Source: Candidatus Omnitrophota bacterium
GTDB taxonomy: Bacteria > Omnitrophota > Gorgyraeia > 2-01-FULL-45-10
NCBI GenBank assembly: GCA_018823705.1
Contig: JAHJHP010000081.1
Coordinates: 1 to 56,983 of the forward strand
DNA length: 56,983 bases
Direction: 5' to 3'
The notes under the pieces were generated by a model. That model did no database searches. It had not been told where the DNA came from and worked only from the letters and a program-made list of their open reading frames with translations. Shown one piece after another: positions 52,904-56,983 of this stretch (position 1 is the first letter of the stretch; each line of letters begins with the position of its first letter). Both the position numbers and the translations under genes were made by a program.

Positions 52904-53006
52904 TTGTTAACCAACAACCTGATTAATAGTATACATTGTTGGTTAACAAATGTCAAGAAATGAGGTTAACCAACAGAAATTATATCTATCATTTCTGTTG
53001 GTTAAC
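52904..53006 (-). promoter_or_regulatory. Consensus promoter TTGACA-17-TATACT embedded in two large inverted repeats built on GTTAACCAACA
   Basis: -35 at 52951-52956 and -10 at 52928-52933. IR1 TTGTTAACCAACAA (52904-52917) / TTGTTGGTTAACAA (52936-52949) spans the -10. IR2 GGTTAACCAACAGAAAT (52964-52980) / ATTTCTGTTGGTTAAC (52991-53006) lies upstream of the -35. Confidence 0.7.
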
Positions 53007-53031
53007 TTGTTCGCTAGTGGGACTATCAGAC

Positions 53032-53146
53032 AATCGGGGGACACAATACCTATTTATATAGGTGCCTGGTGCCATCCTACTTGGGGACACCCTGAAATTG
53101 ACAGGGTGGCACTTTGTGGGATGGCACCGACTTTGACCGACTTTGA
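53032..53146 (+). repeat. Structured repeat R, copy 2 (with 5' module ATCGGGGGACACAATACCTATTTAT)
   Basis: Core nearly identical to copy 1. Hairpin arms at 53068-53077 and 53119-53128. CCGACTTTGA is duplicated at the 3' end. Confidence 0.85.
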
Positions 53147-53180
53147 TGGATGAGTTTTGAAAATGTCCCTTTATTCCTAG

Positions 53181-53600
53181 CTATTGACCCATTACCTGAA
53201 CTATGACTTCTCGCTTGCGCGGGCGATTGTCGAACTCCGCCAGAACTACCTGCTGCCAGGTACCCAGCAAGAGCTTTCCTCCATCGAAAGGAATAGTAAC
53301 TGATGGCCCCTGCAGGGCCGCACGAAGATGGCTAAAACCATTGGCGTCACCCCATGTATCGTCGTGATGATAAGATTTTTTCCTGGGAATAAGCTTCTCG
53401 AAAAACTCCCGAATGTCTTCAACGAGTCCGGGTTCGTACTCGAATGTAGTAATAGCTGCGGTTGAGCCTACGACAAATACCGTAACCTGTCCATGCTTCA
53501 ACCCCGTAGCATGCAGGATATCTTCTATCCTGCCGGTAATATTTACCAGATCCGGATCGCCTTTAGTATCCAACCCTATCTTTTCGGTAATGATTTTCAT
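53181..53600 (-). CDS. yjbQ: YjbQ/UPF0047 family (secondary thiamine-phosphate synthase)
   Basis: 139 aa. TGAITTFEYEPGL-type core, HHDDTWGDANGFSHLRA, REVIVQV ending. Confidence 0.8.
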   Translation of the reverse strand: MKIITEKIGLDTKGDPDLVNITGRIEDILHATGLKHGQVTVFVVGSTAAITTFEYEPGLVEDIREFFEKLIPRKKSYHHDDTWGDANGFSHLRAALQGPSVTIPFDGGKLLLGTWQQVVLAEFDNRPRKREVIVQVMGQ

Positions 53601-53712
53601 TACGAATTTCTCTTTGTGGGACAGCTACCGAGCGCCAAATAATCCTCCCCCGATAATCGGAAGTCCATGCTCCATATTTTCAAAACAAATATACGGTCGT
53701 TTATCTGCCTCA

Positions 53713-53741
53713 ATTATAACGCCGGATGTACGGCGTGTAAA
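53713..53741 (-). promoter_or_regulatory. Candidate promoter TTTACA-17-TATAAT about 110 nt upstream of yjbQ
   Basis: Minus strand -35 at 53736-53741 and -10 at 53713-53718. The spacer itself is the hairpin ACGCCG-tacatc-CGGCGT. Confidence 0.4.
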
Positions 53742-53905
53742 TACTAATCACTACACCAGGCGAAGTACGTTTCCCAAACAATCGAACGATTATTTGTCAC
53801 TCTTATTTCAAGCTACGGTACCAACCATTTTTGGGGGGAAGGATTGTTTGGTGGGGTCGCTACGGCTCGCTGCGATCATTGGACTGGCTACTCAGCATGT
53901 CGGCA

Positions 53906-54241
53906 TCAATTATTTTTCTTGGTCAATGCTTTGCCTATCAGTATCATGACAACCACTGTGATCCCAATTCCAACAATAGCAGATATTGTATAGGCAATGC
54001 TTAAGTGTGGCAATCCTTTCTCTTCCCATCCTTTAAAAGCATAATCAGGAATAGGCGCACTCCAAAGGCTGGCGAGCTTTTGAAGACCTTGCGGGATATA
54101 GCCTACGAGTTTCTGCATCTCGTCGGCACCCCATTCACCCCATGCGGACCCTGCCTTAAAATGCTCGGGTAGTATAAGCCCTACCGGAGAAAGTATGATC
54201 AGTATAGCGAGCCCTATCCAAAGCTTTGTCGTAACCTTCAT
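53906..54241 (-). CDS. PDGLE-domain membrane protein (NikN/CbiN-equivalent transport component)
   Basis: Start taken at MKVTTKLW, 2 nt after the cbiM stop. TM - soluble loop with PIPDYAF (PDGLE-like) - TM. Confidence 0.65.
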   Translation of the reverse strand: MKVTTKLWIGLAILIILSPVGLILPEHFKAGSAWGEWGADEMQKLVGYIPQGLQKLASLWSAPIPDYAFKGWEEKGLPHLSIAYTISAIVGIGITVVVMILIGKALTKKNN

Positions 54242-54243
54242 GG

Positions 54244-54924
54244 CTATGCCCTCCCTTCTTCGATAAGTTCCGGCGCCTGTTTCTGTAAATATTTTATCAC
54301 GAGCGCTGTCACGATTGCTTCCACCCATCCGAAAACCAATATATGCTCGCCCAGCATTGCGGGCAAAGCTACATTTAGTCCATAAGGGCAGTATAACGCC
54401 TGTCCGTTTGCGGTATGATGCAAAAGTGGCTGAATACCAAACTCTAGTCCGGCTAAGGCAGCGGCAATATTAATCCCTACATAGCCAGCGATGCCTGCAG
54501 CGATAACTCTTCTATTTGAATCAATGGGAGCATTATAACTGATTATTTTGTAAATATAGTATCCGGCGAACGGAAGTACAAAAGCCATATTAAAACAATT
54601 TGCGCCTATTGCTGTAATTCCTCCGTCACCGAATAGAAGCGCCTGGACTACAAGCGCTACTGTAATGGCGATAGATGCCGCCCACGGCCCGAGAAGTATC
54701 GCGACGAGGACACCGCCTATCGCATGCCCGGTCGTTCCTCCCGGGATCGGCACATTGAACATCATGATCACAAAGCTAAATGCCGCACCTATGGCTAAAA
54801 GCGGCACCTGTTTCGCATTGAGTGTCTTTTTAACAACTTTAGAGGCTATCGCCCATATCGGTGTCATTACAACATAGAAGAATCCGCATGTCGTTGGTCC
54901 TAAATATCCGTCCGGTATATGCAT
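54244..54924 (-). CDS. cbiM: ECF-type Ni/Co transporter substrate-capture component NikM/CbiM
   Basis: Starts MHIPDGYL (metal-binding N-terminus). 226 aa with about 6-7 TM helices. Confidence 0.85.
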   Translation of the reverse strand: MHIPDGYLGPTTCGFFYVVMTPIWAIASKVVKKTLNAKQVPLLAIGAAFSFVIMMFNVPIPGGTTGHAIGGVLVAILLGPWAASIAITVALVVQALLFGDGGITAIGANCFNMAFVLPFAGYYIYKIISYNAPIDSNRRVIAAGIAGYVGINIAAALAGLEFGIQPLLHHTANGQALYCPYGLNVALPAMLGEHILVFGWVEAIVTALVIKYLQKQAPELIEEGRA

Positions 54925-54945
54925 ATCTATCCCTTTCTTTTTATG

Positions 54946-56379
54946 TTAAAAATCTAACTGCCCTCTTACGCCATACACAAATATCGTATTGTCATACCCC
55001 TGATACGGTTCGCTTATGCCGTGCGGATTCCATATCCACTGGAAATCGGGGCTTATCGCGAGATTCTTTGTAATCTTACAGTTATAATAGACTTCAAAAT
55101 GCCCTTCGGCGGCTCCGCCGGCGCCCGCGGCTAATGCCGCGTCGGAATCTTTATATTTCTTGCTCGGGAGCGCCTGCCCTATGGCAAATGCCAATATATC
55201 ATCTTCTCTCTTCCAATATTTACCGGTCATCTGAAATCCAAGTGCCCACATTCCTTCTAGCGGTGCGGCATTAGGATTTGTACTGACTATGTTGATATCA
55301 TGTTTTTCCCAGCCCAACCGCGAGAAGACACCAAAGACATCCGTTATCATCTGGTCAAAGCTTAGGCCGAATCCGGTATTCTTTTCTTTGGAATCATCCG
55401 CGGCAGACTCACCCTGCGTCACAAGCTTTGAATGGTCAAGCCCATTATACCACCAGTATATCCTGTAATTACCACCCCACATCTTTTCGTCGTATCCAAA
55501 TGCTTTTACGGGGATAAATGTAAGTTCCGATGATATGAATGGTTTATCAAATATATCACGGTATGTATTGTTGGCGTTAAAATATGAGGCATTCATGACC
55601 AGATATGGCAGAATTTCCGGAGCGATAGCCATGGAAGCACCGAGCGTATTATCATCAGGCCATTCTATGGCCGGAGAATTTCTGAATATGCGTCCCAGGA
55701 ATTGAGTTGTCTCATTAAACGCGTATTCGTTCTGGTCGAGATAGTTCGCAGGGTCAAGCTTGCCTGCCGTTATCATCAACTGTTTATTAAAGAGGTACTG
55801 CTGATACCAGAGTTCTGTTATCGGAATGTTGGCCCCTGTATCATTAGTATCCCTGTTAACATTACTGTAGAGTGATAATGCGCCTTCCACCGTATCTGCC
55901 TGCCCCGGCTCCAGATGTATAAGGGCGAGCCCCCAGTCATCGAATGCCTTCTCGATAAATATGTCGGCAGACCACGAAGCGTCGCATTGAGACTTATTTC
56001 CACTGCCCGGGTTATTGGCATTAGGCGTCCCCTGCATTACAAATGTAGCATCGGCCTGAATCTTAAAACCGCAGGGCAATTCAACGCCCTTACCGGGCGC
56101 ATATTTTATAAGCCCCTCTGCAGGCACGGCCTGTATAAGGGATTGCCTGACTTCATTAACAGTTCCTTGCTGTGTAAGAATGCTGCATTTCTGCTCACCT
56201 ACCTGTTTTTCAAGCTCCGCTACTTTTACCTTGAGCTGATCTACCTCGGCAAGTTTCGCTTTTAAGGCGGCGATCTCCTGACGGAGCTCCTCCTCACTGG
56301 CTAATGCAATATTTTGAAAACAAGTCGCACAGGCCATCAATAATAAAAGTATTCTAAAAATTCGCCGTGCCACTTTCAT
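54946..56379 (-). CDS. OprB-like outer-membrane porin with N-terminal coiled coil
   Basis: 477 aa. Signal peptide, about 50-aa heptad region (EELRQEIAALKAKLAEVDQLKVKVAELEKQ), beta-rich body, C-terminal ...VRGQLDF. Confidence 0.7.
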   Translation of the reverse strand: MKVARRIFRILLLLMACATCFQNIALASEEELRQEIAALKAKLAEVDQLKVKVAELEKQVGEQKCSILTQQGTVNEVRQSLIQAVPAEGLIKYAPGKGVELPCGFKIQADATFVMQGTPNANNPGSGNKSQCDASWSADIFIEKAFDDWGLALIHLEPGQADTVEGALSLYSNVNRDTNDTGANIPITELWYQQYLFNKQLMITAGKLDPANYLDQNEYAFNETTQFLGRIFRNSPAIEWPDDNTLGASMAIAPEILPYLVMNASYFNANNTYRDIFDKPFISSELTFIPVKAFGYDEKMWGGNYRIYWWYNGLDHSKLVTQGESAADDSKEKNTGFGLSFDQMITDVFGVFSRLGWEKHDINIVSTNPNAAPLEGMWALGFQMTGKYWKREDDILAFAIGQALPSKKYKDSDAALAAGAGGAAEGHFEVYYNCKITKNLAISPDFQWIWNPHGISEPYQGYDNTIFVYGVRGQLDF

Positions 56380-56388
56380 CCCCCTTTT

Positions 56389-56416
56389 GTGCTACTTATA
56401 TTATAATCGTGCTACT
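56389..56416. promoter_or_regulatory. Direct repeats GTGCTACT x2 (20-bp phase) flanking a TATAAT box upstream of the porin gene
   Basis: GTGCTACT at 56389-56396 and 56409-56416. On the minus strand this reads AGTAGCAC-gatTATAATata-AGTAGCAC-aaaaggggg-ATG. Confidence 0.4.
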
Positions 56417-56438
56417 ATTAGGCAAAAAAATAATACTA

Positions 56439-56855
56439 CTACTTAAGGCCCTTGCCCGTGCTTGACATGCTAAGTGTGCCGTGCTTCACCCCCTTTACTG
56501 ATTTTAAAGTGTCCGCGAGCTTACTAATATCAGCCGCTGGTCCTTTCACCGCGATCAATTCCAGACAGTTATCGTGGTCTAAATGAATATGCTGAGTAGA
56601 GATAATTGTTCCCTGGAAATCGTGTTGAATGTCGGTAAGTTTATTGACCAGCTCTCTTTTGTGATGATCATAAACAAGAGTAATGGCTCCTACCACTTCT
56701 GCTCCCGCCTGCCATTCTTCTTTAACTAACTCCTGGCGTATTAAATCCCTAAAGGCTTCCGAACGATTAGGATAGCTTTTCCTTTTGATGAGAGTATCAA
56801 ACTCATTTAATAGTTTTTTCTCAAGCGAAACACCGAATCTTAATAAGTTTGGCAT
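56439..56855 (-). CDS. nikR: Nickel-responsive regulator NikR
   Basis: 138 aa. RHH N-terminus (RFGVSLEKKLLNEFD..RSEAFRDLIR) and C-terminal Ni-site His/Cys (HHKRE, QHIHLDHDNCLE). Confidence 0.9.
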   Translation of the reverse strand: MPNLLRFGVSLEKKLLNEFDTLIKRKSYPNRSEAFRDLIRQELVKEEWQAGAEVVGAITLVYDHHKRELVNKLTDIQHDFQGTIISTQHIHLDHDNCLELIAVKGPAADISKLADTLKSVKGVKHGTLSMSSTGKGLK

Positions 56856-56880
56856 ATATTTTGGTATTACCTTTATTAGA

Positions 56881-56908
56881 ATTGTAACACGGTATTATAA
56901 TTTGTCAA
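56881..56908 (-). promoter_or_regulatory. Candidate nikR promoter TTGACA-16-TACAAT
   Basis: Minus strand -35 at 56903-56908 and -10 at 56881-56886. GGTATTA direct repeats at 56868 and 56891. Confidence 0.45.
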
Positions 56909-56949
56909 TAGGCTTTTTGCTTTGTGTCGCTCTATGGTAATAAACAAAC

Positions 56950-56983
56950 GTAATCGGGGGACACAATACTTATTTATTTGGAA
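56950..56983 (+). repeat. Structured repeat R, copy 3 (5' module only; cut by the window end)
   Basis: GTAATCGGGGGACACAATACTTATTTATTTGGAA matches the 5' module of copy 2 and joins the GTAATCG..ATTTGGAA ends that are retained in copy 1. Confidence 0.7.

Noticed and set aside
53600-53906. TPP or other riboswitch upstream of yjbQ
   Set aside because: No CUGAGA / ACCUGAUCUGGAUAAUGCCAGCG-like TPP core, nor any other riboswitch consensus I know, is present on either strand. Only a cmscan could exclude weaker matches.
53413-53949. 178-aa plus-strand ORF covering the yjbQ antisense strand and the 300-bp spacer
   Set aside because: It has no start context and no recognisable domain, and it overlaps two supported minus-strand genes. 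The spacer is better explained as a promoter plus 5' UTR containing repeat fragments.
56405-56436. H. pylori-type NikR box (TATWATT-N11-AATWATA) upstream of the porin
   Set aside because: Only AATAATA (56429-56435) and a one-mismatch TACTATT at 9-nt spacing are present. Neither the spacing nor the half-site fits, so I report just the direct repeats.

Overview
57-kb chromosomal window from a moderately AT-rich diderm bacterium. The lineage cannot be fixed from sequence. An OprB-type porin, a TIGR04073-type small protein and HflKC are compatible with an uncultured PVC/Omnitrophota-like organism, but that is only a guess. Almost all credible genes (about 65 CDS plus tRNA-Ser) are on the minus strand. 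Most long plus-strand ORFs in the track are antisense artefacts. In window order (low to high coordinates; each operon itself is transcribed from high to low) the content is: (1) a diverged direct duplication of a periplasmic MsrB-MsrA plus AzoR module (745-2391 and 11403-13052), the second copy abutting tRNA-Ser(UGA). (2) Between the duplicates lie trmH-like/typA and an accessory patch with two nucleotidyltransferase (NTase) toxin-antitoxin-like cassettes, an ORF6N gene, three copies of a ~200-bp element carrying an HTH-like ORF fragment, and a 16-codon CxxC/poly-Lys micro-ORF. (3) A serS - rtcB - archease - UvrD-like helicase block. (4) A translationally coupled HTH - REC - methyltransferase - 7TM/GAF histidine kinase - REC operon whose architecture recalls the Ralstonia phcBSRQ signalling locus. 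(5) A homospermidine synthase + CHASE kinase operon. (6) A patatin + metal ABC transporter. (7) An osmoadaptation supercluster: TreT operon, CdaA-YbbR fusion + DHH phosphoesterase, TreXYZ, HflKC, MscS, CPA2+CBS. (8) A third NTase cassette bracketed by a structured ~105-nt repeat. (9) A nikR - porin - nikM - PDGLE nickel cluster. The candidates most worth follow-up are the structured repeat family tied to TA-like cassette boundaries, the shared promoter/operator design of the three NTase cassettes (two with uncharacterised partners), the phc-like operon, and the unknown secreted protein plus mini-TM peptide coupled to TreT. No CRISPR array, rRNA, transposase or integrase gene was seen. All homology calls come from motif recognition by eye and need HMM/BLAST confirmation.
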